A stretch of DNA of 60,839 nucleotides, filler included, from Candidatus Babelota bacterium (GCA_017999075.1; 13 parts of 13 records of this genome joined end to end with filler, not necessarily neighbours in it); one strand, 5' to 3'; counted from the first letter of the whole stretch, positions 47,347-57,550 are shown. Made by a program: numbers and translations. The notes: generated by a model from the sequence alone, not told the origin.

Positions 47347-50300
47347 TTAACGTTTCAAGCTCAATAATTCCTGAATCATTTGGTCTTCAGTTTGAATAGT
47401 TCTTGAATTTGCCTGAAAACCGCGTTGAGTAGTTATCATAGTTGTAAATTCCATAGCCAAATCAACATTTGACTGTTCAAGATTTCCTGAAGCAACTGCT
47501 CCGCGTCCGCCTGTGCCTGCAACTCCGATTCTCGGATTGCCGCTATTGCTTGTAACTCTGTATAATGAACCGCCTTGTTTTAATAAACCGCCTTCATTGT
47601 TAAAATTAGCAAGAGCTATCTGCGCTATATCTCTTGAGTAACCATTATCATAAAGTCCGGTTATCATACCAAAAGCATCAATAGCAAATTCTGTCAAAGT
47701 TCCTTTAGAATAACCGTTTTGACTGTATAATTCAGCATCGCTCGTTGAAGCATATTGTACAAGTTCATTGAAATCAGGAGTTATAAAATTAGGATTAGCT
47801 CCTTCTCCTGGAAGCGGTGCTCCGCCCCAGTCAGATGGATCAAAATATATCCCCTGAATATCTACCGGCCCTGTCGGAGATGGAGTGTTTAATCCAACTT
47901 CTGATTTAAAAGTCAATGAACTGCCTGGATCGTATGTTCCGTCAGCTTTAAAAGCTATCAAACCATATCCCGCAAGAGATACATTATTCGGATCGTCAGG
48001 AGTCGGATCTTTTATTGACCACATCCATAAATTCGTCGATTTTCTTTCAAAAGTTACAGGCAGATTGTGAGCTTTTCCCAATGAATCATATACGTCTATA
48101 TTAGCTACATATTGATATTCATCCACATTGTTCATTGTTGTAGTTACAGGATTTCCTCCAAGAGCTATTCCTGTATATGCGCTGCCTCCATCATATTCAT
48201 ATTGAAACGCTGTATCTCCGGCTGTAGCGCTTTCTGTAGTATTCGGAGTGAAAGTTATAGGGTCTGCTCCTGTCAAACTCCCGCTCGGTATAAATATTTC
48301 TGTTACCCAGCCGCTTGAATCTTTGACTCTGAAAAAGTCTCTATGTCCAGGCTGTTCTGAAACTGATTTATGTGTAGAAAAATAAAATGAATCATTCGCC
48401 TGAAAAACTCCTGCCCAGTTTGACCACGGAATTTTGATTGTTTCATTTCCGATAGAAGCAACATCATCAGTACCGCCGTCATCAGTTCCAAAATATGCTG
48501 TTGCTGATTTTATTCCTTTTTCAAAATCAAGATCATCTTCAACTGACTGATTAGTAACTAAATCTGTCCAGTTTACACCATCAGTAGTTTTTGATAATGT
48601 GTATGTTGTGGCTGTGTTAAACGTAATTCTATAGTTTGCAGGAGCGGGACTTATTTGAGTTGTTGTAAAATCTACATATGAACCTGCAACTACATTTGTT
48701 GAATCCCACGCTGATTGAGGAATATAAATTCCAAACGCGTTAAAACTCGGGTTTCCTGCTCCTATTTTCCCGGTTCCCATAACTTGATTCGTAGAACGGT
48801 CTATAACAGAATAATTTATGTTGTTAACGTCTGTTATAACATCTTCAATTTTAATTCTGTACTGTACTGCCGGATTTACAAAACCATCAACCATAACATG
48901 AGGATCATTAGGATTTGCAGGATTGAATACAAGATTAGCCGCATCCCATGTCGGAGTGGTTGATCCGGTTACTGTAGCTGTATCTATCTTGACTGATGAA
49001 TTAAGACTTACTCCTAAAAGCGATCCGCTGTCTTCGTCATTAGTATTTGCTGCAATCGGCAATGAAGCTACTATTGAAGGCCAGTCATCTTCAGCTTTCG
49101 GTCTTTCTGTCGGCAGATTCAATAACTGATTGTACTCTGCTGTAGTATCTGATGCGCTTGTTGAAAAAACAATTGTGTCGCCTTTTGACGCTTCTCCTGT
49201 CCAATCAGAAGCCAGTATTGTTACCTGTCCATACATCTTTCTGTCTGTGCCTGCGCCTGTAACATATGTAAACACACAGTTTGTCGTTACATCACCGATA
49301 TTATTAGTTAAATCAGCATTGTTTGCATCTTTTCCAGGAACAGGTAAAGTGCTCCATGTTGAACCATTATCTGTTGATATAAAAACTCTGTATTTTGTGG
49401 TGTCGTCCTGATCAAATTCAACTTTCCACTGTGCTGATGAAGCATTAAACTGATTACGGACATCAACTTTTGATAAACCTATATTGCCAGGTCCATTTGT
49501 AGAAGATGATACTGGAATGCTTGCATTAACTACGCCTTCAGCGTTTGTATTAATGTAACTACCTATTACTTTTCCGTTAGAATCAAGTTTAATTATTCCT
49601 TCAGCCGCTCTTCCGGTATTAGCATCTAAAACATCGTCTCCTACTTTATATCCTGCAGGAGGATTTTCAGCCCAGGTTGCGCGCCATATATAATAAGGTT
49701 CCGTAGGATGGGTGTGTTCAAATTCTATCTTAACTTTACTGGTGTTAACTGCTCCGTTATCTCCAGTTGACCATTCAAGAACCATCGGTTCTATAGCCAT
49801 TTCACTTTGAGAATTCAAATTTCCGCTGAACTGAACCGAAGTAGTAGCTTTAGCAGGAATCACATCTCCAACTTTTATCTGAATATCTTCAATTGATTTT
49901 GTAGTGGTGTTTACTCTGTATTCTCCGGTTACAGGATCTAATTCCGCCTGCCACCCTTGAACTTTTAATCCCGGAGCATAACATAAAGTTCCTGCTGCAT
50001 CTAATTCAAAATGACCGTTTCTTGTATAATACTGCGCATTGCCGTCTTTAATTACAAAATATCCACTCCCCTGAACAGCGCAATCCAATGTTCTGTCTGT
50101 TCTCTGCATTGAACCTTGTCTTGTATCTCTTGTTATAGATCCTACTGTAGTTCCTAATCCTATCTGTTGCGGGCCTGTGCCGCCTGTTTCTCCTTCAGGT
50201 CCATGTGCTATCTGCATTAACTGACTCATAAAATCAGTAAAAACAACATCCGTTTTTTTGAATGCTGTTGTATTTATATTGGCGATGTTATCTCCGATTA

Positions 50301-50361
50301 CATCCATCTTTAACTGGTGGCTCTGTAATCCGCTAACACCTGACCATAAACCTCTCATCAT
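47347..50361 (-). CDS. flgE: Flagellar hook protein FlgE, unusually long (1,004 aa)
   Basis: SGVSGL..MDVIGDNIANINT, YTRNGHF, VYDSLGKAH, LEQSNVDLAMEFTTMITTQRGFQAN. Confidence 0.95.
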   Translation of the reverse strand: MMRGLWSGVSGLQSHQLKMDVIGDNIANINTTAFKKTDVVFTDFMSQLMQIAHGPEGETGGTGPQQIGLGTTVGSITRDTRQGSMQRTDRTLDCAVQGSGYFVIKDGNAQYYTRNGHFELDAAGTLCYAPGLKVQGWQAELDPVTGEYRVNTTTKSIEDIQIKVGDVIPAKATTSVQFSGNLNSQSEMAIEPMVLEWSTGDNGAVNTSKVKIEFEHTHPTEPYYIWRATWAENPPAGYKVGDDVLDANTGRAAEGIIKLDSNGKVIGSYINTNAEGVVNASIPVSSSTNGPGNIGLSKVDVRNQFNASSAQWKVEFDQDDTTKYRVFISTDNGSTWSTLPVPGKDANNADLTNNIGDVTTNCVFTYVTGAGTDRKMYGQVTILASDWTGEASKGDTIVFSTSASDTTAEYNQLLNLPTERPKAEDDWPSIVASLPIAANTNDEDSGSLLGVSLNSSVKIDTATVTGSTTPTWDAANLVFNPANPNDPHVMVDGFVNPAVQYRIKIEDVITDVNNINYSVIDRSTNQVMGTGKIGAGNPSFNAFGIYIPQSAWDSTNVVAGSYVDFTTTQISPAPANYRITFNTATTYTLSKTTDGVNWTDLVTNQSVEDDLDFEKGIKSATAYFGTDDGGTDDVASIGNETIKIPWSNWAGVFQANDSFYFSTHKSVSEQPGHRDFFRVKDSSGWVTEIFIPSGSLTGADPITFTPNTTESATAGDTAFQYEYDGGSAYTGIALGGNPVTTTMNNVDEYQYVANIDVYDSLGKAHNLPVTFERKSTNLWMWSIKDPTPDDPNNVSLAGYGLIAFKADGTYDPGSSLTFKSEVGLNTPSPTGPVDIQGIYFDPSDWGGAPLPGEGANPNFITPDFNELVQYASTSDAELYSQNGYSKGTLTEFAIDAFGMITGLYDNGYSRDIAQIALANFNNEGGLLKQGGSLYRVTSNSGNPRIGVAGTGGRGAVASGNLEQSNVDLAMEFTTMITTQRGFQANSRTIQTEDQMIQELLSLKR

Positions 50362-50423
50362 AAAAAATCAACTCCTTCTCATTTCTGTTTTTAATTTGTT
50401 TTACAAAAATATCTGATTATATT

Positions 50424-50480
50424 ATACCGGTTCAATCAATCGCCGGTATTGAGAAGGCTTCTCTTTCGAGTCCAGCCTTC
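50424..50480 (-). promoter_or_regulatory. Candidate structured cis-regulatory RNA (two hairpins) in the flgE leader
   Basis: Minus strand GAAGGCT-GGA-CTC-GAAA-GAG-A-AGCCTTC, then ATACCGG-CGATTGATTGAA-CCGGTAT; no U tail. Confidence 0.55.
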
Positions 50481-50586
50481 GATTTTTTAAAACTGTTTAA
50501 GTCTTAAAAACATTACGCTAAAGCGTACTTCTTCTCAATTTATTATTTGTTCATTTGAACTCATAACCTTACTTCATCACTCAAAC

Positions 50587-50994
50587 TCACGCCAGCACTG
50601 CGCTGTCAATGTTTGTAAACACATTTTCTTTCAATGTTTCGCCGGTTATAACGGTTATAACTGTATTGTTTTTTACGCTGACAACCATTGCCACATCGTC
50701 AAGAAGAACTAATGTTTCTTTAGCTCCTTTTGCGCGGGCGCGGTCAACCGCGTCATTCAGACGCTGAACTTTTTCAGCATCAAGTTCTATATTTCTATTT
50801 ACTAACCGTTCTTTTGCATGACCCGAAAATTTTATTTTGCTGTCGTCTAAAGCCGACTGTAAAATTTTTTCAAACGCATCTCCGGAAATACTTCCGGTTT
50901 TGCTGCCTGCTGTCGAGTCTTTTTTAACCGGCGCGCTTATTATCGGTTGATACGTATTAAAATTCAACCGTTCGCCAGTAATCATTTTATCCAC
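50587..50994 (-). CDS. Flagellar operon protein (TIGR02530 family)
   Basis: IKFSGHAKERLVNRNI, KGAKETLVL, VSVKNNTVIT, NVFTNIDSAV; lies between flgD and flgE. Confidence 0.9.
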   Translation of the reverse strand: MDKMITGERLNFNTYQPIISAPVKKDSTAGSKTGSISGDAFEKILQSALDDSKIKFSGHAKERLVNRNIELDAEKVQRLNDAVDRARAKGAKETLVLLDDVAMVVSVKNNTVITVITGETLKENVFTNIDSAVLA

Positions 50995-51005
50995 CTCCGA
51001 TTTTA

Positions 51006-51458
51006 TTATTCACTTACAACCGGAATACTGGTTTCTGTCACCTCGCTGAGTTTCACAGATTTGCCGTCGATTGTGTACAACACAGGTTCAGAACCCGATA
51101 AATCTATCCTTGATACTACTCCTGATACTTCTTCAACAGATGTCGAACCTCCTGAAGTCGTAATAATTTCCGCTTCAATCTGGGTGCCTAATAAATTTAA
51201 TACGCTCATATTCCCGGATACCTTAGCGTAACTCTCCATTGTAGTATTAAGATTTTGAATCTGTTCCAAAGAACTGAATTGCGCCATCTGCGCTATAAAC
51301 TGATCATTGGACATTGGATTCAACGGGTCCTGATATTTCAACTGCGTTGCAAGCAATTGCAAAAACTGGTCTTTCCCGAGAGACGCTGAATCAGTTTCCT
51401 TATTCGTTGATGTCCCTTCCGACATATAATTATTTGCTTTATATCCCGTAATTTCCAT
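51006..51458 (-). CDS. flgD: Flagellar hook capping protein FlgD
   Basis: LGKDQFLQLLATQLKYQDPLNPM..FIAQMAQFSSLEQ. Confidence 0.95.
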   Translation of the reverse strand: MEITGYKANNYMSEGTSTNKETDSASLGKDQFLQLLATQLKYQDPLNPMSNDQFIAQMAQFSSLEQIQNLNTTMESYAKVSGNMSVLNLLGTQIEAEIITTSGGSTSVEEVSGVVSRIDLSGSEPVLYTIDGKSVKLSEVTETSIPVVSE

Positions 51459-51525
51459 AATAGTTAACCTCCATTTTAAGTTTAACCGGAAATTTGCCCG
51501 CTTTTTAAAACAGACAAATTTTCGG

Positions 51526-51631
51526 TTAAGCTATATAACTGACAGTACTGTACCGTTTGTCAACATAAATATTGCTCATAATTTCAGATGCAGAGTCAGT
51601 TATAATATTTTCCGCATCATCATTTTTAGAC
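51526..51631 (-). CDS. fliK: C-terminal end of a probable hook-length control protein FliK, partial
   Basis: SKNDDAENIITDSASEIMSNIYVDKRYSTVSYIA* directly upstream of flgD; the ending resembles FliK C-termini. Confidence 0.5.
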
Positions 51632-51856
51632 CTGCGCTATAAACTGATCATTGGACATTGGATTCAACGGGTCCTGATATTTCAACTGCGTTGCAANNNN
51701 NNNNNNNNNNNNNNNNNNNNNNNNNNNNNNNNNNNNNNNNTTAATTAATTAANNNNNNNNNNNNNNNNNNNNNNNNNNNNNNNNNNNNNNNNNNNNTATT
51801 ATTACTAAATTTTCAATAATAATTTGAACAAATTTATTTTTTATTCGTAAAAACAT

Positions 51857-51885
51857 TTGACAAAATCATTGCAGTTAAGTAAACT
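51857..51885 (+). promoter_or_regulatory. Putative sigma70 promoter of the antiporter gene
   Basis: TTGACA-17 nt-TAAACT. Confidence 0.55.
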
Positions 51886-51914
51886 TTATTAAAATAAAGT
51901 ATACTAAAAATTTT

Positions 51915-54410
51915 ATGATCATTTTACCTGTTCAGGATCCTGTTTTAATATTCGCATTAGTAATGTTGATAGTGCTGATAGCCCCTTTATCAGCAAGAAA
52001 ATTTCATCTTCCAGACATAATTGGTCTTATTGTTGCAGGTATCGCAGTGGGTCCCTACATGTCCGGTATTTTAGAAAGAAATCAAACAATGCAATTGCTT
52101 GGAACTGTAGGATTATTGTACATAATGTTTCAAGCCGGGCTGGAAATAGATTTGATTCAAGTAAAAAAAAACAAACATTACAGTATAATATTCGGGTTGT
52201 TGACATTTTTATTTCCTCTGATTTTCGGTATTCTTGCGGGATATTATTTTTTTAAAATGAATCTTTCTGCTTCAATTTTGTTGGCAAGTATGTTTTCATC
52301 CCATACTTTATTAACTTTTCCCATAGCAAGCAAACTTGGTCTTGCAAAAAAAAGATCTGTTACTTCTGCGATAGGAGGAACAATTCTAACTGATACCTTA
52401 GCTTTACTTATTCTTGCTATAATAATCAGCGCAAACAGCGGTTCGCTAACTTTCTGGTTTTGGGTTAAATTTATAAGTTTTACATCTGTTTACACAATAA
52501 TTCTATTATATTTATTACCGAAAATAGGAAGCTGGTTTTTCAAAAATTTTTCTTCTGAAATTGGAATTGAAGATTACGTGTTTGTAATAGCTGCTTTGTT
52601 TACAAGTGCGTATTTATCATATCTTGCAGGATTGGAACCTATTATAGGAGCATTTTTGGCAGGAATATCTTTAAATTCATTAATTCCGGAAAAAAGTGTT
52701 CTTATGAACAGAATTCAATTTGTAGGAAATTCATTATTCATACCTTTTTTCTTAATTTCAGTAGGAATGATAATAAACCCAAAACTTATTTTTTCTAATT
52801 TTGACACATTAAAAATATCTATAACTATGATAATCATAGCATTATTCTCAAAATGGCTTGCGGCATTTGTATTTTCTAAAATCGTAAGATTTTCAAACAC
52901 TGAAAGCAACCTTATTTTCGGGTTGAGCGTCAATCAGGCTGCAGCAACTCTTGCCGCAGTATTAGTAGGTTACAAAGTAGGAATTTTCAATGAAAATATT
53001 TTAACCGGAACCATTATGATGATAGTAGTCACATGTTTTGCAGGGCCTATAATTACAGAAAAGAATTGCCGTAAATTAATACTTGAACTCAAAGATAAAT
53101 TTGATTTTAAAAGTTATAAAAGATCTGAAAGAATATTGATTCCTTTAAAAAATCCTGCCACAGTTAACCAATTGGTTGATTTTGCTTTACTTCTTCATCC
53201 GAAAAACAGTTCTGAACCTCTTTATCCACTTAATATCGCCTTAGAGGGAATGGATGTTGAAGAACAAGTTATAACCGGAGAAAATCTTTTAACAAAAGCT
53301 GTAACCAGAGTTAATTCTGTTAACAAAACTGCATTTCCATTGACAAACATTGATATAAATGTTCCAAGCGCAGTAATAAAATCTGTTAAAGAGTACCGTA
53401 TATCAAAAGTAGTATTTGGCTGGATAGAAAATACAGGTTTTAAACACCATATTATAAATAATATTGTAGAACAGTATATACAGCAAAGTCATGAAATAAT
53501 TTTTATTGTATCAGGAATTCAGCCTATAAATATAGTAAACCGGATTTTACTTATAATCCCTCCGCTTATACATAAACAAAACGGATTTAAAGATACGTTA
53601 ACAGAACTTAAAAGGCTGGCGCAATCAATAAACTCTAAAATTTTAATATTAGCGGAACAGAATACAATTGAAGATATCAGAGATTTAGTTTTAAAAAATC
53701 AACCTCAAATAAACGCTGATTTTCAAAATATATCAAGCTGGAAAAAAACATTTGATCTAATTAAAAACATTATTCTTCCAAACGATATGATAATGCAGAT
53801 GATTGCAAGGCCTGGAAGATTGGCGTGGCGGTTAAGTTTTGACAAAATGCCTAATACTCTAAAAAATAATTTTCCAAACAACAATATAGTTACTGTTTAT
53901 CCTTATTATAATATTGACGAATACGATTATGAAAAAGATTTCATAACCAACGAACTCACTCTATTAAAAAACATTCCTGAACATAATTTCTATTTTAATT
54001 ATAAAAGCTCAAAACTTTCTGATATTTTCAATGAAATTATAAATAAAGACTACATAACAAATCCTAATCTTGTATTAAAACAGCTCCATTCAGCTTCAAA
54101 AGAATTTCCAATTGAATTAACTTCAGACATTTCTTTAATTCATATTCATACAAATGAAGTTAATGATTACACAATTTTTATATTTGTCAATCAGTCCGGA
54201 TTTGATATGCTCACAACAGAATCAAAACCAAAATCTATTTTTATACTGCTGTCCCCTTCTTCTCTCTCTACAGAAGGCCATTTACGAGTACTTTCAGAAA
54301 TAGCAAAAATTGTTCAAGTAAAAAATTTTACTGAAAATATTTTAACATCCTCTAATTATAATCAATTTATTTCTGAAATGCAGAATTCAAAATACCAAAC
54401 CAAAATTTAA
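51915..54410 (+). CDS. Cation:proton antiporter (CPA2) with USP-like domain and C-terminal PTS EIIA-like domain
   Basis: GLLYIMFQAGLEID, EPIIGAFLAG, RILIPLKNP; C-terminal ISLIHIH..IFILLSP...HLRVLSEIAK. Confidence 0.85.
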   Translation: MIILPVQDPVLIFALVMLIVLIAPLSARKFHLPDIIGLIVAGIAVGPYMSGILERNQTMQLLGTVGLLYIMFQAGLEIDLIQVKKNKHYSIIFGLLTFLFPLIFGILAGYYFFKMNLSASILLASMFSSHTLLTFPIASKLGLAKKRSVTSAIGGTILTDTLALLILAIIISANSGSLTFWFWVKFISFTSVYTIILLYLLPKIGSWFFKNFSSEIGIEDYVFVIAALFTSAYLSYLAGLEPIIGAFLAGISLNSLIPEKSVLMNRIQFVGNSLFIPFFLISVGMIINPKLIFSNFDTLKISITMIIIALFSKWLAAFVFSKIVRFSNTESNLIFGLSVNQAAATLAAVLVGYKVGIFNENILTGTIMMIVVTCFAGPIITEKNCRKLILELKDKFDFKSYKRSERILIPLKNPATVNQLVDFALLLHPKNSSEPLYPLNIALEGMDVEEQVITGENLLTKAVTRVNSVNKTAFPLTNIDINVPSAVIKSVKEYRISKVVFGWIENTGFKHHIINNIVEQYIQQSHEIIFIVSGIQPINIVNRILLIIPPLIHKQNGFKDTLTELKRLAQSINSKILILAEQNTIEDIRDLVLKNQPQINADFQNISSWKKTFDLIKNIILPNDMIMQMIARPGRLAWRLSFDKMPNTLKNNFPNNNIVTVYPYYNIDEYDYEKDFITNELTLLKNIPEHNFYFNYKSSKLSDIFNEIINKDYITNPNLVLKQLHSASKEFPIELTSDISLIHIHTNEVNDYTIFIFVNQSGFDMLTTESKPKSIFILLSPSSLSTEGHLRVLSEIAKIVQVKNFTENILTSSNYNQFISEMQNSKYQTKI

Positions 54411-55732
54411 TGTATGAACTGCCTATTTTTTTTTTGACGGCGATCAAAAAACAATCCCGATAACACAGGAAATACCGAAGAATTTGTAAGTAACGGTTCA
54501 TTTAAAATTTGAGGAAACATTTCGACTGATTTTTCCCAATACACCGTATGCGGCATCGGAGAATAAAAAGCATAGTCGCAATTTATTGAATATTGATTTA
54601 CAAATGAAACTGTCTCCTTTATATTTTCAAGAGTCTGGCCTGGAAGACCAGTAAGAATATATGCGGCAATTTTCGAAAAATCAATGCCAGCATTTTCAAA
54701 TGATTTAATACAGTTTTCAAAATCACTATTACTATATTTTGCGCCGCTGCCTTTTATCCAATTTATATCACTTGATTCAAATCCTATACGGATTGTGTCA
54801 AAACCTGCCTGTTTCATTAACAATGCAATTTTTTCTGTTACATATTTTATATGAACTGCATTCGGCAAATGAAACCTGCATTTGATATTCCTTCGTAATA
54901 TTTCCTGCATTATCGGGACGAAATGATTATCCGAATCTTCAAGCAGAGCATCATCATAAAAAGCTATGTCAAACACACCTCTTTCATTTACCAGATAATC
55001 GATAGTGTCTACTGCGGCTTCAACCGGAAATTTTATATGACCGTTAAATATTTTTTTAGACGCGCAGTAATTACAGTTAAACCTGCATCCGCGCGATGTC
55101 ATAACCGCTCCTGAAATCAGCTTATGATACAATGAATAATCAGGAACATTGAATTTTATTGTATTTTCCAGATTTTTATCCATTTCAATATTCAAGCATA
55201 AAATATCATTCAGCAATTCTATAAGCTTTATTTCACCGGCTCCGGAAATAAAATAATCCGCATTAATTATTTTTTTACTATGAGCATTCCATAAAGTATT
55301 ATATGTTCCGCCAAATATAACAGGAACCTCAGGAAATATCTGTTTTACAAACTTTATAGTTTCATTTGCCCCGTAATACCAATAAGACATCAGGCATGTA
55401 ACGCATATCGCGTCAGGTTTGGGATAAATTCTTGAAAGTTCGGTTAGAAAAGTTTCCACAGGGATTCCATACCTATAAAACTTGCGGGGCATAAATTTTA
55501 CAGGTTCAGGTTTTTCAATTTCGACTTTATAAAATTTCCCTGAATTATTTTCTTTGGTAGCGAATTCTTTTTTTTGGTAATATCCGCTTCTATCCATGCA
55601 GTCTATTAAAACAGTATTGATCCCCTGATTTTTTAATATTGAAGAAAGGTAGAGCAAACCCATAGGTTTTACCCAAAAATCATATGCGGCAAAATCATAG
55701 ATATACGGATTTATCAATAATACTTGTTTCAT
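54407..55732 (-). CDS. B12-binding radical SAM protein
   Basis: LLINPYIYDFAAYDFW.KP.GL cobalamin-binding N-domain; SRGCRFNCNYC (CxxxCxxC). Confidence 0.9.
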   Translation of the reverse strand: MKQVLLINPYIYDFAAYDFWVKPMGLLYLSSILKNQGINTVLIDCMDRSGYYQKKEFATKENNSGKFYKVEIEKPEPVKFMPRKFYRYGIPVETFLTELSRIYPKPDAICVTCLMSYWYYGANETIKFVKQIFPEVPVIFGGTYNTLWNAHSKKIINADYFISGAGEIKLIELLNDILCLNIEMDKNLENTIKFNVPDYSLYHKLISGAVMTSRGCRFNCNYCASKKIFNGHIKFPVEAAVDTIDYLVNERGVFDIAFYDDALLEDSDNHFVPIMQEILRRNIKCRFHLPNAVHIKYVTEKIALLMKQAGFDTIRIGFESSDINWIKGSGAKYSNSDFENCIKSFENAGIDFSKIAAYILTGLPGQTLENIKETVSFVNQYSINCDYAFYSPMPHTVYWEKSVEMFPQILNEPLLTNSSVFPVLSGLFFDRRQKKNRQFIH

Positions 55733-55759
55733 ATTAAAGTAAAACGAAGATAATTGAAT

Positions 55760-56266
55760 TTACAACTGAGTTTTATATTTTTCGCGGACCTTATTAAAAA
55801 AACTTACAGCAAATTCATCTGAATAATCAGGGTATGAAAAAGGCCATGAAGTATAGGTTTTTTTAAAATACTGCAAAGTCGGCTCTGCAAAAATACCTTT
55901 TCCTATATATATTCTATGTGTATAATTTTTAGTGGAAGCAAGAACAAGTTTTCCAAGTTCTATATAACCGGGATCAATATTTATATTACGTTTATCCATA
56001 GTCGAAAAATTACATTCAATTTCATTCGTTTTGATTTTTATATCTGGCAATATATCCATTTCCACCAAGTTTTCAAAACTTATAAATTGACGAAACTTTG
56101 TTTGCCCCATTTCTTTATCATAATAATCCGAGTACTTAAATAAATATGGGGCAGTACTGAAATCTATTTTCCCGAACAGATCCGAAAGTATTTTTAATAC
56201 TTCAGAAGAATCAACAGATTCATTATATAAAAGCCCGGCAATAAGTTTAACTTTTTGCGGTAATAT
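55760..56266 (-). CDS. DUF4416 family protein, 5' partial
   Basis: The frame extends upstream (PQKVKLIAGLL..FGKID..SDYYDKEMG); RNINIDPGY, LASTKNYTHRIY. Confidence 0.8.
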   Translation of the reverse strand: MLPQKVKLIAGLLYNESVDSSEVLKILSDLFGKIDFSTAPYLFKYSDYYDKEMGQTKFRQFISFENLVEMDILPDIKIKTNEIECNFSTMDKRNINIDPGYIELGKLVLASTKNYTHRIYIGKGIFAEPTLQYFKKTYTSWPFSYPDYSDEFAVSFFNKVREKYKTQL

Positions 56267-56369
56267 GANNNNNNNNNNNNNNNNNNNNNNNNNNNNNNNN
56301 NNNNNNNNNNNNTTAATTAATTAANNNNNNNNNNNNNNNNNNNNNNNNNNNNNNNNNNNNNNNNNNNNA

Positions 56370-56663
56370 TGCTATTAAAAATACGTCAATATTAAACGAA
56401 GTTTTACCTGATTTTATCAAATAAAACAAATAATAGTTAAATCCTGCAATCAATAAAATGCACAAATAAAATATAAGCTCGTTCTATGAAATAGGATCAA
56501 TATAATTATATTCGTTTATAAGATAATAAATCAGAATTATAAAAAACGATACAAGTACCCTGAATTTAAAATTAAGAGGCGTCAAAAATTCGTTTATATT
56601 TTTGGAGTCAGTCAAAGACTGTTTTCTTAAATTCCGATTTTTTTTTAAAATTTTTAAATTCAT
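56370..56663 (-). pseudogene. N-terminus of a membrane protein interrupted by one in-frame TAG, 3' partial
   Basis: MNLKILKKNR..FRVLVSFFIILIYYLINEYNYIDPIS-TAG-NELIFYLCILLIAGFNYYLFYLIK..; the frame stays open and hydrophobic after the stop. Confidence 0.4.
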
Positions 56664-56684
56664 ATATTATTGTAATTTTTTCAA

Positions 56685-57488
56685 TCAGCCGAGTATTCTG
56701 TCAAAGATATTTTTCAAAAACCCGCCTTTATTTATTCCATCTTCATTTTCAATTAAAACAGGTGATGTAAAATCAATTTCTTTAGAGTCGAGGATTTTTT
56801 TTGGAAATGTAGTAACCATATCTGTGGCATAATCCAGTCCCACATAATGGCTTGCCATTTCAATCCATTTGGTTAGTTTAGAACATCTGTTTTCAAAATA
56901 ATGAGAATCGCTTCCTATAAAATGTATAAACTTATTCTGTAAAAACAATTTAGAAACTTTTGATACTCTGCCTCCAAAATCTCCAAGAAGGCTTCCTGCA
57001 TTCATCTGAGTAAGAGCCCCTTTTTCAATAAGTTTGTAAAGTTTTTCGGGTCTTTGTAAGAATTCAGCGTTTCGTTCAGGATGAGCTATTATAGGAATAT
57101 ATTTATTTACAAGAAGTTTAAAAATAATTTCTTCTGTGCCATGAGGCACGCTTTGAATAGGCAATTCAATTAAAACGTAAATTCCATTATTTAATGTAGG
57201 GGCCTTTTTATTAACTATATCATTCAACAAATCCACGTCAAGATAAAGTTCAGCTCCGGGATAAATTTTTACAGGCAAATTATTATCTTCAAGAGCAGCA
57301 TTCAGTTCTGCTACTTTTTCAATTACTATAGGCAAAGTATTGTCATAATTTCCCTTGATATAATGCGGTGTAGCTATTATATCGGTAACTCCATCCATAA
57401 ACGCCTGTTTTGCCATTTTAATAGAACAGGTTAAATCCGGAGCTCCGTCATCAATTCCGGGAAGAATATGAGAATGTATATCTATCAT
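56685..57488 (-). CDS. CpsB/CapC (YwqE-like) PHP-family tyrosine phosphatase
   Basis: MIDIHSHILPGIDDG, IATPH, IAHPERN, GSDSH. Confidence 0.93.
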   Translation of the reverse strand: MIDIHSHILPGIDDGAPDLTCSIKMAKQAFMDGVTDIIATPHYIKGNYDNTLPIVIEKVAELNAALEDNNLPVKIYPGAELYLDVDLLNDIVNKKAPTLNNGIYVLIELPIQSVPHGTEEIIFKLLVNKYIPIIAHPERNAEFLQRPEKLYKLIEKGALTQMNAGSLLGDFGGRVSKVSKLFLQNKFIHFIGSDSHYFENRCSKLTKWIEMASHYVGLDYATDMVTTFPKKILDSKEIDFTSPVLIENEDGINKGGFLKNIFDRILG

Positions 57489-57521
57489 TTTTAAGCTCTT
57501 TTAGTACCAATTTTGAATTTT

Positions 57522-57550
57522 ATAATAACTTATTTGCTACACTTTGTCAA
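57522..57550 (-). promoter_or_regulatory. Putative sigma70 promoter of the phosphatase gene
   Basis: TTGACA-17 nt-TATTAT. Confidence 0.5.

Noticed and set aside
51632-51696. 65-bp exact copy of flgD sequence (51288-51352) at the contig end
   Set aside because: It is identical, abuts the linker and interrupts fliK, so it is most likely a chimeric contig-end artefact.
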